Origin: an uncultured Lewinella sp.
GTDB taxonomy: Bacteria > Bacteroidota > Bacteroidia > Chitinophagales > Saprospiraceae
Length of the DNA stretch: 36,699 nt
Reading direction: 5' to 3'
NCBI GenBank assembly: GCA_964458975.1
Contig: CAYWMW010000006.1
Location: forward strand, 1 to 36,699
Positions 8,890-17,526 of the stretch are shown piece after piece; positions within the stretch are counted from its first letter, which is position 1; each line of letters begins with the position of its first letter. The notes beneath the pieces are model-generated. The model was not told the origin of the DNA. It ran no database searches and was given only the letters and a program-made list of their open reading frames with translations. A program made the translations under genes and the position numbers.

Positions 8890-11800
8890 AAAACCGAAAA
8901 ACCGGCACATCCACACTAAACGTGAGCATGGCCCGCGTACTCCGCGCTTCGCGCATTCTGGTTTCTCCGGCGAGGGTGAACTTGCGCACACTGGGCCCGT
9001 CCTGAACACCGAAGCCAAGGGTGAAGGGAGACTTGGGGAAGTTGTACATCAGGTGGATGCCGGGCGCGATCACGTTTGCGGGTCGGAACTGCGGCAGCCG
9101 GTCTACCGTAGCCCCATCCCCATCATTGTTCCTGCTTTCGAGCCTGAAGGCCGTTAAAGCACCCAGGTCGAGCAGGGAACCGAAGAGGGTGAGTGATTTA
9201 TTGCCACCGATGTTGCGGCTGTAGCTGAAGCCTACGGGAACGAACAGCGCCGCCCCGAACACTTCTTCTTCCAACTCTGGAGCGGAGACACCGGGCGGAA
9301 GCACCAGCCGTTCCTGGCTCAGCGCTGCACCGAAGTAAGCGCCCAGTTCAAGGCTGGAAGGCTTACTTCGTTTGATCTGGGAACTTCCTACGGGCAAGGC
9401 AATGGAAGAGATTGCCGCTTCAAAATCTCCGGAGCTATTGGCGTTGGCAACGTCGGCCATAAAGGTGCCGTAGCGGAAGAGCTTTTCCCGGAAACGGTCT
9501 GTCCGCTCAGGGTTAAGCTTTTTAATTTTACCCTGCACCCGCTGTAGTTCCTCCTGGATACGGCGAATCTTCAGGTCCCGGATACCGTTGCGCGCATCTT
9601 CCCGTGCGTAATCATCAATACCGGGGGTGTTGAGCTCTGTTTGGTAACGGGAAAGTAGAATCTTGTCGCGGTCGTTGCCCAAAAGCGGCAAAGCATCGGC
9701 GGTAGGCACGGCCAGGCCTACGGCCTTCAGGTCTTCATCCTGGTCGACAACGTAACTTTCGATCAGTTGGCGGAGCTCATCCCGCCGCTCCGTCAGTTTT
9801 CTCTCCTTGCGGCTGGCCGTTGGGGCAACGTTGAAAATCTTAAGCAGGCTCAATAAGTTGTCTACGGCGTACCGGTACTCCCCGGTTTGGCTCAGGCGGA
9901 ACAACTCGTTGAGCTGGCGGCTGACCTCCGGTACGTCGGTGAAGGCGGGGTACTTCCCGGCAAGGCTGATCGGTTTGCCTTCCTCCTGCCTCGGGTTCAG
10001 AATCGGAGCTTCGAGTAAGGACTGGAGGGTCTGGCTAATGAAGTTCACCGCCTGAATGCGGCGAACGGCCCTGGGGCCCGCCTTCTGTAGGGCGGTGTCA
10101 TAATAACCGGACTTGAAATCGGAGAGAAAGAGCCCAAAATCAAGCAAGAAATTGGTAACTCCGGCAGACGAGAACTCTCCCTCAAACTCAGCTACGCGGC
10201 CAAGGCGCTCAATGCCTATTCCCGTCAATAGCTTCCGGGCGGCGGGCTTTGTCTGAAAATTGGCGAGTTGGCTGTTCTCAACGAAAAGCCCACCTTGCCC
10301 ACCATCAGAGAGCAGGAAAAATACCTGCTGCGCCATCCCAAAAACGGTCTCGAAAGTAGAGAGGTTGTGGTAAGCCCGGATAAGGGTATCGGCCTGGCTG
10401 GCGCTGTAGGTTTCTACTGCCGCGAGCAGGTCGTCATAAGCCGTTTTTGTGTCCGAGATGGCAAGTTGTAAAGGTGGGAAATAAGCGGCTTGCCGTGGGT
10501 TTAGCTTCATCTTCGCCGCGTAGGGCGAGTTGGAATCACCGATTTTTTTGACCCACTCTTGCAGGCGGGTTTCCACGGCCTTTAGGCGCTCAGCGGCCGC
10601 TTTTGTTCCGGCGGGAATTTCGTCGGTCAGGCGGCGGAGCATCCGGAGGGCCGGGGCATCGCGGTTGGCCAGTTCGGCCTCGATGTCGTTTTGTAATTCT
10701 TGTTTCCGGTCGGCAAAAGTTTTCGCTTTGCGTTTTTGGGCATCGCGCTTTTGCTGGAGATCAAGTTGAATTTCTACCAACTCCTCCCGGGCTTTGAATA
10801 AGTCCGTCAGGAGGGTTTGGTAACCGTCTACATTGTCGCGGTGGGCCAGCACTTCCCGAACGGCGGTGAGGCCGGCGGCGCGCAGTTCGTCTGGTTTCAA
10901 ACGCTTCGCGTTTGGGCCAAACAAGTCGTCGTACCGGGCCACGCTGGGGTAAGCCTCGTAGTAGTTGTACGGTTCGTGGCCCAGCAGCCAGGCGCGGATG
11001 ATGCCGGTGGCGGGTGGGTCGGAGCCAATCTCCCAGTAGTTGTTTTTCAGGGCCAATTTGGCGTCGTTGACCGGCGTGTAAACGTCCCGGATTTTTTTCA
11101 TGACTGGCATCAGGGCTTCCTGACCGAGGTTAGCTTTTTGAATGTCGGTCAGTAGTGGGTCAAACTGCTGGCTGCTCAGCCGTTCGCGGGCGAGTTGGAA
11201 GCGCGCGTTCAGGGTATCGGTGGAAAGCATCAGGTTATCGAAGGCGTTGAGAATAGCCCGGTAGCCGACGTTGGTCGTGTCCACCTTAGTCATGCGCAAA
11301 TCAATGCGGCAGCGGGTGTCAATGCGGGTGCGCTCCAGTTCTCCGTAGGTAAACGAGAGGATGTCCGCCAGGGAAACTTCGCGCATTTCCAGGTCCAGGA
11401 TGCGGTAAATAAGGAACACATTGTACACTACGGGGTCGCGGAAGGTGCCCGCGTCGCGTTTGTCCAGGAAGTTGCCGAGGTTGAAGGCGATGGCGTTCAG
11501 GTCTTCCACAAACGCTTTCCGGATACTGGGCAGGATGGCCTTATAATTCAGCAGGTCCAGCGTGGGTAAGAACTCACTGGTGTTGGGGAAAAGGTGGTTC
11601 AGGTCGTTCCGGTTGATGTCTTCCCGCAGCTTAGTGAGGAAGGTGTAGGTGAGTTCTTCCTGCGCCCGGCGGCTGATCCAGTCAGACAGGCCAGCCAGGG
11701 CGGTGCCCACCAAATTGGAGGTAGACAGGCCCGATGGTTTGGTGTTCGCTCCGGCGGCGGCGGCCTTCAGGCTCAGGTCCGTAGCGGGTGGCGCGGCGAA

Positions 11801-12247
11801 GGTCTCGTGGATTTTGCCGAGGTCAATAATTCCGTTGCGGCTGAACAGTTCCGCCCCGCTCAGCTGCTGGAGAAAATCCGCCCGCCCAGGAGAGGCGATC
11901 ATCGTGGGGATGGATAGACCTGCTGGTGGTAGGTAGCTTTCGAGGAGCAAATCGAGCTTCTCGTCCAGTAAAAAGCCCCTGATCGCTGGGTTTTTCGCGT
12001 AATGGCGCAGCAGTTCCGGGCCGGAAAGGAGGGCATCGATCTTGTCCTGATCGGGCATCCCCCCGTAATACGCCAACGTCATCACGATGGTATCCAGCGA
12101 GGGGTTACCGCTGGGCGTACCAATTTTACGGGCATTTTCGGTATGGCGCACAATGCGGTTCAGGTCCGCTCCGATATTTTGGGCGCTGACGCAGGTGCAG
12201 TGTAGAAGGACAATGAGCAGTGGAAGAAATACAGCAAGCTTTTTCAT
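8879..12247 (-). CDS. Large hypothetical exported protein (about 1122 aa): signal peptide, long helical body, beta-rich C-terminus
   Basis: Long uninterrupted ORF. MKKLAVFLPLLIVLLHCTCVSAQ signal peptide from ATG 12247. The C-terminus shows alternating beta-strand patterns ending FSVDVPVFRFFNK. Confidence 0.8.
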   Translation of the reverse strand: MKKLAVFLPLLIVLLHCTCVSAQNIGADLNRIVRHTENARKIGTPSGNPSLDTIVMTLAYYGGMPDQDKIDALLSGPELLRHYAKNPAIRGFLLDEKLDLLLESYLPPAGLSIPTMIASPGRADFLQQLSGAELFSRNGIIDLGKIHETFAAPPATDLSLKAAAAGANTKPSGLSTSNLVGTALAGLSDWISRRAQEELTYTFLTKLREDINRNDLNHLFPNTSEFLPTLDLLNYKAILPSIRKAFVEDLNAIAFNLGNFLDKRDAGTFRDPVVYNVFLIYRILDLEMREVSLADILSFTYGELERTRIDTRCRIDLRMTKVDTTNVGYRAILNAFDNLMLSTDTLNARFQLARERLSSQQFDPLLTDIQKANLGQEALMPVMKKIRDVYTPVNDAKLALKNNYWEIGSDPPATGIIRAWLLGHEPYNYYEAYPSVARYDDLFGPNAKRLKPDELRAAGLTAVREVLAHRDNVDGYQTLLTDLFKAREELVEIQLDLQQKRDAQKRKAKTFADRKQELQNDIEAELANRDAPALRMLRRLTDEIPAGTKAAAERLKAVETRLQEWVKKIGDSNSPYAAKMKLNPRQAAYFPPLQLAISDTKTAYDDLLAAVETYSASQADTLIRAYHNLSTFETVFGMAQQVFFLLSDGGQGGLFVENSQLANFQTKPAARKLLTGIGIERLGRVAEFEGEFSSAGVTNFLLDFGLFLSDFKSGYYDTALQKAGPRAVRRIQAVNFISQTLQSLLEAPILNPRQEEGKPISLAGKYPAFTDVPEVSRQLNELFRLSQTGEYRYAVDNLLSLLKIFNVAPTASRKERKLTERRDELRQLIESYVVDQDEDLKAVGLAVPTADALPLLGNDRDKILLSRYQTELNTPGIDDYAREDARNGIRDLKIRRIQEELQRVQGKIKKLNPERTDRFREKLFRYGTFMADVANANSSGDFEAAISSIALPVGSSQIKRSKPSSLELGAYFGAALSQERLVLPPGVSAPELEEEVFGAALFVPVGFSYSRNIGGNKSLTLFGSLLDLGALTAFRLESRNNDGDGATVDRLPQFRPANVIAPGIHLMYNFPKSPFTLGFGVQDGPSVRKFTLAGETRMREARSTRAMLTFSVDVPVFRFFNK
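12177..12199 (-). repeat. Variant copy of the dispersed motif (TGCACCTGCGTCAGCGCCCAAAA), encoding CTCVSAQ
   Basis: Differs from the consensus at 2 central positions and lies at the predicted signal-peptidase cleavage site. Confidence 0.75.
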
Positions 12248-12370
12248 AGTGGGATGGCAATGTGTACGGGCGTTGAGTACCTCAAACCCCTGGCTTCGTT
12301 GCCCGGAGAACAAGGTGTAATGCTATAAAAAGTAGGTAGTTTAGTCTCTCAATTCTCTCTCCTGGGGTCA

Positions 12371-12538
12371 CTTAGGAACGCGAATAGAATAAAACACGAT
12401 TTTCTGACCTGGCGTTTTTGTTCCTGCCGTTGTCAAAAATCCTTTGCATAGCCCCCGTTACGGAAATGATTTTTGGCGGCGGCAGGGGCAAAATAAGTCG
12501 GTCAGAAATCGTGTTTTATTTTGTTCGCGTTCCTTAAG
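12371..12538 (+). repeat. Long imperfect inverted repeat (about 80-bp arms, 8-nt loop); structured RNA or MITE-like
   Basis: CTTAGGAACGCGAATAGAATAAAACACGATTT... pairs with ...AAATCGTGTTTTATTTTGTTCGCGTTCCTTAAG; many mismatches are G-T pairs on the + strand. Confidence 0.85.
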
Positions 12539-12557
12539 AACGCAATAATCGGTAAAA

Positions 12558-13223
12558 TCAAACAAACAGCTTGCCCGATATGAAATCTGCCCCCGCCTGA
12601 ATGGTGTCGGGGAAGGTCGCTCCGCTGGCATCCCGGACGGCAGGGATGAGCACCTGCTCCAGCTGCGCACAGTCCGCATTGGTCGCCGTTACCTGATTGA
12701 GCTTTAAGCGCTCATCGTACACCGCACGCGACAGTGTAAAGGCGTTGCGGGCCGAAGTGTAAGCCTCCAGATCCGCAGGGTCTCCGTTCATCATTAGGTT
12801 CAGCCGGGTGCGATCAATCGTTGACCGGAATTTAGCCAGGCCATCCATCATTCGCTGGTTGATGGGAGGGGGACCCCCTCCTTTTTCGTCAGCGGCAGCA
12901 ACGGGGCCGGAGTCCGTGGCCGCCACCTGGGGATGAAAATCGTTCACCCAGTCCACTAACCCTTGCTGTACCGCAAACTGATCGCCTTCGGCATCGGCAA
13001 TATCATCCTTAAGCTTGTTTAGAGCCGTCATGTCCGTATCCTGTTCGGTAGGAAACGGATCAATTGCTCTTAATCCGTTAAGCCGAAGCACCAGGTGAAT
13101 CACATCCTGTTTGGCGTCTTCGCTGACCAGTGCCTGGGTCTGCACCAGCGCTAGCCGGCGCTCGTATAATTGTTGGCAAATACTGGTGACCTCGGTCAGC
13201 AGTTTTTCGCGAAAAGAAGGCAT
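12558..13223 (-). CDS. Hypothetical alpha-helical protein (about 221 aa)
   Basis: ORF with no recognised motif; the probable start is ATG 13223 (MPSFREKLL) after an AT-rich leader. Confidence 0.7.
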   Translation of the reverse strand: MPSFREKLLTEVTSICQQLYERRLALVQTQALVSEDAKQDVIHLVLRLNGLRAIDPFPTEQDTDMTALNKLKDDIADAEGDQFAVQQGLVDWVNDFHPQVAATDSGPVAAADEKGGGPPPINQRMMDGLAKFRSTIDRTRLNLMMNGDPADLEAYTSARNAFTLSRAVYDERLKLNQVTATNADCAQLEQVLIPAVRDASGATFPDTIQAGADFISGKLFV

Positions 13224-13317
13224 GTTTTGTAGTATATGGGAGTGTGTGGAATAGTAACGGAATGGAAAGGTAACGTATTTCTTGCGTAGCACTTTTTTAA
13301 GCCTTTACTTTACTGAA

Positions 13318-15981
13318 ATGACCAGCAGCACGGATCAAGCAGAAACCGCCCTCCCACCTTATAAGTTCAAAGAGCTTAAGGTGTACAACTCCACAGAATA
13401 CCTGTGGGAGAACGTAAAGAAGTACCGCCAGGTATTTGATCGGTTCGAGACGGCCTATATCTATACCGAACTGTCTCTTTTTAATAAGAATTTTGACCTC
13501 GAAGACTGGTCCCTGCGCGTAGACCTGAAGTGCTTCAGCATCGAGAACCAGGTCCGTACCGAAATGTGTAACCTCACCATCGAAAAAGAGGTGAGCAAGT
13601 TCGACAGCGTCGTCTACCTGCGCGAAGGGTGGGGCAACCAGAAAAAAGGCACCTTCTGGAAACGGGGAACCTACTTCTGGGAAGCTTACATCGACGGCCA
13701 AAAAGTAGGCAGCAAGTACTTCTACGTCATCGAACCCCACGACAATACGCCGGACCCGCTGGACGATGACTGGGAAATCAAGGAATCCATAGAGAAATAC
13801 ATCGAGCCCGTCTCCGCACGCTTATACGAAGGCCCTTACGACGATGTAACGGAAGACGACCGCGTATACCTCCGCGAGTTCGCCGTCAAGGAAACCCGCT
13901 ACATCTACCTCGAACTTACCTTCCGCAACCTGCAACCCGAAGCAGAGTGGCACCTGGAGCTGTTTACCAAGTTCCACAACCAGGCCCGCGAACTCAAAGG
14001 CCAGGTCGTCCGCCTCCACCACGTCCGCAAAGACCAGGACCTCATCAAAATAACTGCTGGCTGGGGTGCGGCAACGCCCAACCTCTGGCGCAGCAACAAC
14101 TACACGGCAGACATCGTCTTCCTGAACCGCCTAATCGCCAGCATCCCCTTCATGGTGGATGATGAGGCCGTTCCCGGCATCCCTGCGGTTTACCTCCCCG
14201 GTAATGAAAACACTATGGTGCTTGCCCCCACGGAGCAAGAAGCCGACGAAAGCTTCGACGAGATCATGGCCCGCCTCACCGCCCTCACCGGCCTGCACGA
14301 GGTGAAACGACAAATCAAAGAACACGCCGTCTACATCCGTTTCCTGCAACTCCGCCAAAAGCGCGGTTTTGACATGGACAAAGGGATGGACGTCCATTCC
14401 ATCTTCATCGGTAACCCGGGAACGGGTAAAACAACCGTCGCCCGGATGATGGGCAAGCTCTACCGTAAAATGGGACTCCTCTCCAGCGGGCACACCGTTG
14501 TCGCCGACCGCGTTGACCTGGTCGGAGAATACATCGGCCAAACCGCCCCCAAAACCAGGGAAGTCATCGACAAAGCCCGGGGCGGCGTCCTCTTCATCGA
14601 CGAAGCCTACGCCCTGGCGCGCAGCAATGACGACGGTAAGGACTTCGGCCGCGAGGTCATCGAAATCCTCGTCAAAGAAATGAGCAACGGCCCGGGAGAC
14701 ATCGCCGTCATCGTAGCTGGCTACCCCGAGGAAATGAAACGCTTCCTGGACAGCAACACCGGCCTGAAATCCCGCTTCAAACACAACTACGACTTCCGCG
14801 ACTTCATGCCGCAGGAGCTAAGTACCATCGCCGACTACGCCTCCGAAGGCCTCGGCGTAGAGCTCACCCTGACCGCAAAGGCCCGCATCGACGAGATCAT
14901 CACCCGCGCCTTCCGCGCCCGCGACCGAACCTTCGGCAACGCCCGCTACGTACACGACCTCATCGAAAAGGCGAAGGTGCAAATGGGCCTCCGCCTGATG
15001 AACGCCGGCGGAGTCGGTAAACTCACCAACGAACAACTCAGTACCATTGAGCTGGAAGACGTCAATAAGATCGAAGGCGTAAAAAAGAAAGAACTGCCCA
15101 CCATCCCCGTCAACGACGAGCTCCTCGCCGAAGCCCTCGCCGAGCTAGACGCCCTCACCGGGATGGACAACATCAAACGCCAGCTCAACGATCTCGTAAG
15201 TTTGGTGCGTTACTACCGCCAGATCGGGCGCGATGTCCTTAATAGCTTCCATCTCCATACCGTCCTCATCGGTAACCCGGGAACGGGCAAAACAACCGTT
15301 GCGCGCATTCTGGCCAAGCTCTACAACGCCCTCGGGGTGCTGGAGCGCGGCCACATCGTAGAAACCGACCGCCAGGGAATGGTGGCTGGTTACGTAGGCC
15401 AGACCGCAGAAAAAACCGCCAAGAAAGTTGAGGAAGCCATCGGCGGTGTACTCTTCATTGACGAAGCCTACGCCCTCACCCAAAAGTCTTCCCAGCGCGG
15501 AGACTTTGGCGACGAAGCCATCCAGACCCTGCTCAAACGAATGGAAGACCGCCGTGGCGAGTTCTTCGTCTGCGTAGCGGGCTACCCCGATAATATGGAC
15601 GTATTCCTGAAGGCCAACCCCGGCCTCAGCAGCCGCTTCGATAAAACCCTCCGCTTCGAAGACTACGAGCCGGAACAATTGTTAGAAATCGCCCAGAGGA
15701 TGTTTGTGGAGCAAGGCGCCCAGCTCACGCCCGCTGCGGAGAAACACTTGGATGCTTACCTGAAATTTCTCTACAAGTACCGCGATGCTTTCTTCGGCAA
15801 CGCCCGCTCCGTCCGTAAGATCGTTGGCGACATCGTTCGCCGCCACGATCTCCGCCGCTCCGCCGACGTTGCCGCTAAGGAAGATAAAGGCAAAACCGTC
15901 CGCATCCTCAAAGCCGACGTTGAGCACCTTAAGCTGGACACCAAGGAGCTTTCCATTCAACGGAAACGGATTGGGTTTTAG
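13318..15981 (+). CDS. Tandem AAA+ ATPase of the SpoVK/CbbX/EccA family with a duplicated N-terminal beta domain
   Basis: Two modules, each with GNPGTGKTTVAR, LFIDEAYAL, AGYP, N.GL.SRF and FGNAR; the C-terminus is RKRIGF. Likely start is ATG 13318. Confidence 0.9.
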   Translation: MTSSTDQAETALPPYKFKELKVYNSTEYLWENVKKYRQVFDRFETAYIYTELSLFNKNFDLEDWSLRVDLKCFSIENQVRTEMCNLTIEKEVSKFDSVVYLREGWGNQKKGTFWKRGTYFWEAYIDGQKVGSKYFYVIEPHDNTPDPLDDDWEIKESIEKYIEPVSARLYEGPYDDVTEDDRVYLREFAVKETRYIYLELTFRNLQPEAEWHLELFTKFHNQARELKGQVVRLHHVRKDQDLIKITAGWGAATPNLWRSNNYTADIVFLNRLIASIPFMVDDEAVPGIPAVYLPGNENTMVLAPTEQEADESFDEIMARLTALTGLHEVKRQIKEHAVYIRFLQLRQKRGFDMDKGMDVHSIFIGNPGTGKTTVARMMGKLYRKMGLLSSGHTVVADRVDLVGEYIGQTAPKTREVIDKARGGVLFIDEAYALARSNDDGKDFGREVIEILVKEMSNGPGDIAVIVAGYPEEMKRFLDSNTGLKSRFKHNYDFRDFMPQELSTIADYASEGLGVELTLTAKARIDEIITRAFRARDRTFGNARYVHDLIEKAKVQMGLRLMNAGGVGKLTNEQLSTIELEDVNKIEGVKKKELPTIPVNDELLAEALAELDALTGMDNIKRQLNDLVSLVRYYRQIGRDVLNSFHLHTVLIGNPGTGKTTVARILAKLYNALGVLERGHIVETDRQGMVAGYVGQTAEKTAKKVEEAIGGVLFIDEAYALTQKSSQRGDFGDEAIQTLLKRMEDRRGEFFVCVAGYPDNMDVFLKANPGLSSRFDKTLRFEDYEPEQLLEIAQRMFVEQGAQLTPAAEKHLDAYLKFLYKYRDAFFGNARSVRKIVGDIVRRHDLRRSADVAAKEDKGKTVRILKADVEHLKLDTKELSIQRKRIGF

Positions 15982-16069
15982 AAATAGGCTGTCTTATCTG
16001 TCGCGTACAGCTCCTTACGTCAACTACTAAAGCCAGGCTGTTAAATATGACACTAACCTCCCGTAACCA

Positions 16070-16122
16070 CCTCACCCCAACCCCTCTCCAACAAGCCTCG
16101 CCTCGGGCTCGGCGGAGAGGGG
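16070..16122 (+). repeat. REP-like palindromic element, copy 2 (between convergent genes)
   Basis: CCTCACCCCAACCCCTCTCCAACAAGCCTCGCCTCGGGCTCGGCGGAGAGGGG, matching the reverse complement of 4244-4297. Confidence 0.85.
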
Positions 16123-16201
16123 CTATTCAGAAGAAAACGCTTCGCGTTTTGGTGGTAAAAACCCGCCACGGGTAATCATCAACAGATTAAACAGCCTACT
16201 A

Positions 16202-17107
16202 CTAAAGCTCCGTAAACTCCCGGTCCGCAACATCAGTGAGGACTCCAATATTGCTCAACTGAAACCGCCCGCCCCGGTCTCCGGAAAGTACGAGGCCGTT
16301 GTAGGGTAGGTAACCATTCCAGGGCGTTTCCATCGCTGGTTCTTCGTCGTTGGCATCCCGGAAAAACTGCCAGGTGTTGATGCGCCAGCTCACTTTGTCG
16401 ACGTAGAGGCGGTACTTATTTTGTGGAGTGTTGCCCACTTTCTCGAAGGTCATGTCCAGGATGTAGCTGGGGCGAACGGCCTGGGGGTCGGTACGGACTT
16501 CGCCTTCGTACTTCAGGGTTACGCCGCTGTCTTTCAGCTTGAACTGGTGCACCAGCCAGTAGCTGTCGTTGATCCACATACTGTGGGCTTTTTTCAGGTC
16601 TTTGGCGAGGGCTACGGAGTCGGTTACTTCCACGCCGTTTTTCTTCACTTTGCCGGTAAGTTTGTCCGCATCGGCGAAATTGACCAGGTAGACGGTGCTG
16701 TCGTTCTGCATCGATATCCGGGCGCGTTTTTCGAGCTTGTCCCAGAGTAAGGTACGGGCACCGAAGAAGTTCCAGGTGAAGAAACGGGTGTTGGCGTAAG
16801 CATCCCAGCCGCCGTGGTACTTCACGATGCTGTCCGCCAGGCGGATGGCTTTACCGTCGGAACCAGCGGCATTGAAGCCTTCGGCGGCGGGGTATATTCC
16901 AGACTCGCCCACGGGCCAGGGCTGTGCTTCGATGACGATGGTTTTCTTACCGTCTTTCATGAATTTTTCTCCCGGTTTCGGGCTGTCGGCTTCTGTCTTT
17001 ATGGCTTCTGTGGTAGCTCCGTCTTCCGCCTCAACTTTGGGGCTGGTTTCGCAGCTGAAGGCAAACATTCCCAGGCACAGGATGAGGAGGTAGGTAAATG
17101 TTTTCAT
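16202..17107 (-). CDS. Hypothetical lipoprotein (beta-rich, possibly LolA-like fold)
   Basis: MKTFTYLLILCLGMFAFSC lipobox from ATG 17107, with HGGWDAY..TWNFFG and WINDSYWL motifs. The fold assignment is inference. Confidence 0.75.
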   Translation of the reverse strand: MKTFTYLLILCLGMFAFSCETSPKVEAEDGATTEAIKTEADSPKPGEKFMKDGKKTIVIEAQPWPVGESGIYPAAEGFNAAGSDGKAIRLADSIVKYHGGWDAYANTRFFTWNFFGARTLLWDKLEKRARISMQNDSTVYLVNFADADKLTGKVKKNGVEVTDSVALAKDLKKAHSMWINDSYWLVHQFKLKDSGVTLKYEGEVRTDPQAVRPSYILDMTFEKVGNTPQNKYRLYVDKVSWRINTWQFFRDANDEEPAMETPWNGYLPYNGLVLSGDRGGRFQLSNIGVLTDVADREFTEL

Positions 17108-17137
17108 ATGGGTATTTTGTTTTATCGTTTTGTCTGG

Positions 17138-17164
17138 TTTGGGCGCTGAACGCGGGTGCAAAGG
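17138..17164 (-). repeat. Degenerate copy of the dispersed motif (CCTTTGCACCCGCGTTCAGCGCCCAAA)
   Basis: Resembles the 12177-12199 variant with one substitution and one extra base; it overlaps a possible -7 promoter element. Confidence 0.5.
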
Positions 17165-17178
17165 TCGTCTTTTAGGGG

Positions 17179-17268
17179 CAAAGAGATCACAGAGATCGCA
17201 TAGGGCACAAAGATCACAAAGAGCACAGAGATCACAAAGATCACAGAGGGCACAAAGATCACATAGAA
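17179..17268 (+). repeat. 9-bp tandem repeat, 10 degenerate units (consensus CACARAGAT)
   Basis: caaagagat-cacagagat-cgcataggg-cacaaagat-cacaaagag-cacagagat-cacaaagat-cacagaggg-cacaaagat-cacatagaa. Confidence 0.9.
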
Positions 17269-17313
17269 CATAGCATCGCGACCGCTAAAGTGCCCTGTAA
17301 GGGTACGTCTCTT

Positions 17314-17420
17314 AGCGATGGGTTGATTGAGCCGCAGGCGAGATCAGCCCTTCGCGCTGCGAGGGCATGTCATTTCAGCGATGGGTTGATTGAGCCGCAG
17401 GCGAGATCAGCCCTTCGCGC
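17314..17420 (+). repeat. Two identical 44-bp hairpin-forming direct repeats separated by 19 bp (REP-like)
   Basis: AGCGATGGGTTGATTGAGCCGCAGGCGAGATCAGCCCTTCGCGC at 17314-17357 and 17377-17420. Confidence 0.92.
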
Positions 17421-17526
17421 CCATCGCATCTATCGCGCCCGAAACGAACATCACAGATAGCGTTAAACGCTTTCAGCATAAAAACCAATTCCTCCCATAA
17501 GATCCCCATGCCCAAAACCTTTCTTC

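Noticed and set aside
10593-10600. NotI site GCGGCCGC as another motif copy
   Set aside because: The flanks do not match the consensus.
14131-15678. 217-aa and 177-aa minus-strand ORFs
   Set aside because: Antisense shadows of the AAA ATPase.
17314-17420. 44-bp direct repeats as a CRISPR array
   Set aside because: Only two units, a 19-bp spacer, and no cas genes or leader; it fits a REP-like duplication better.
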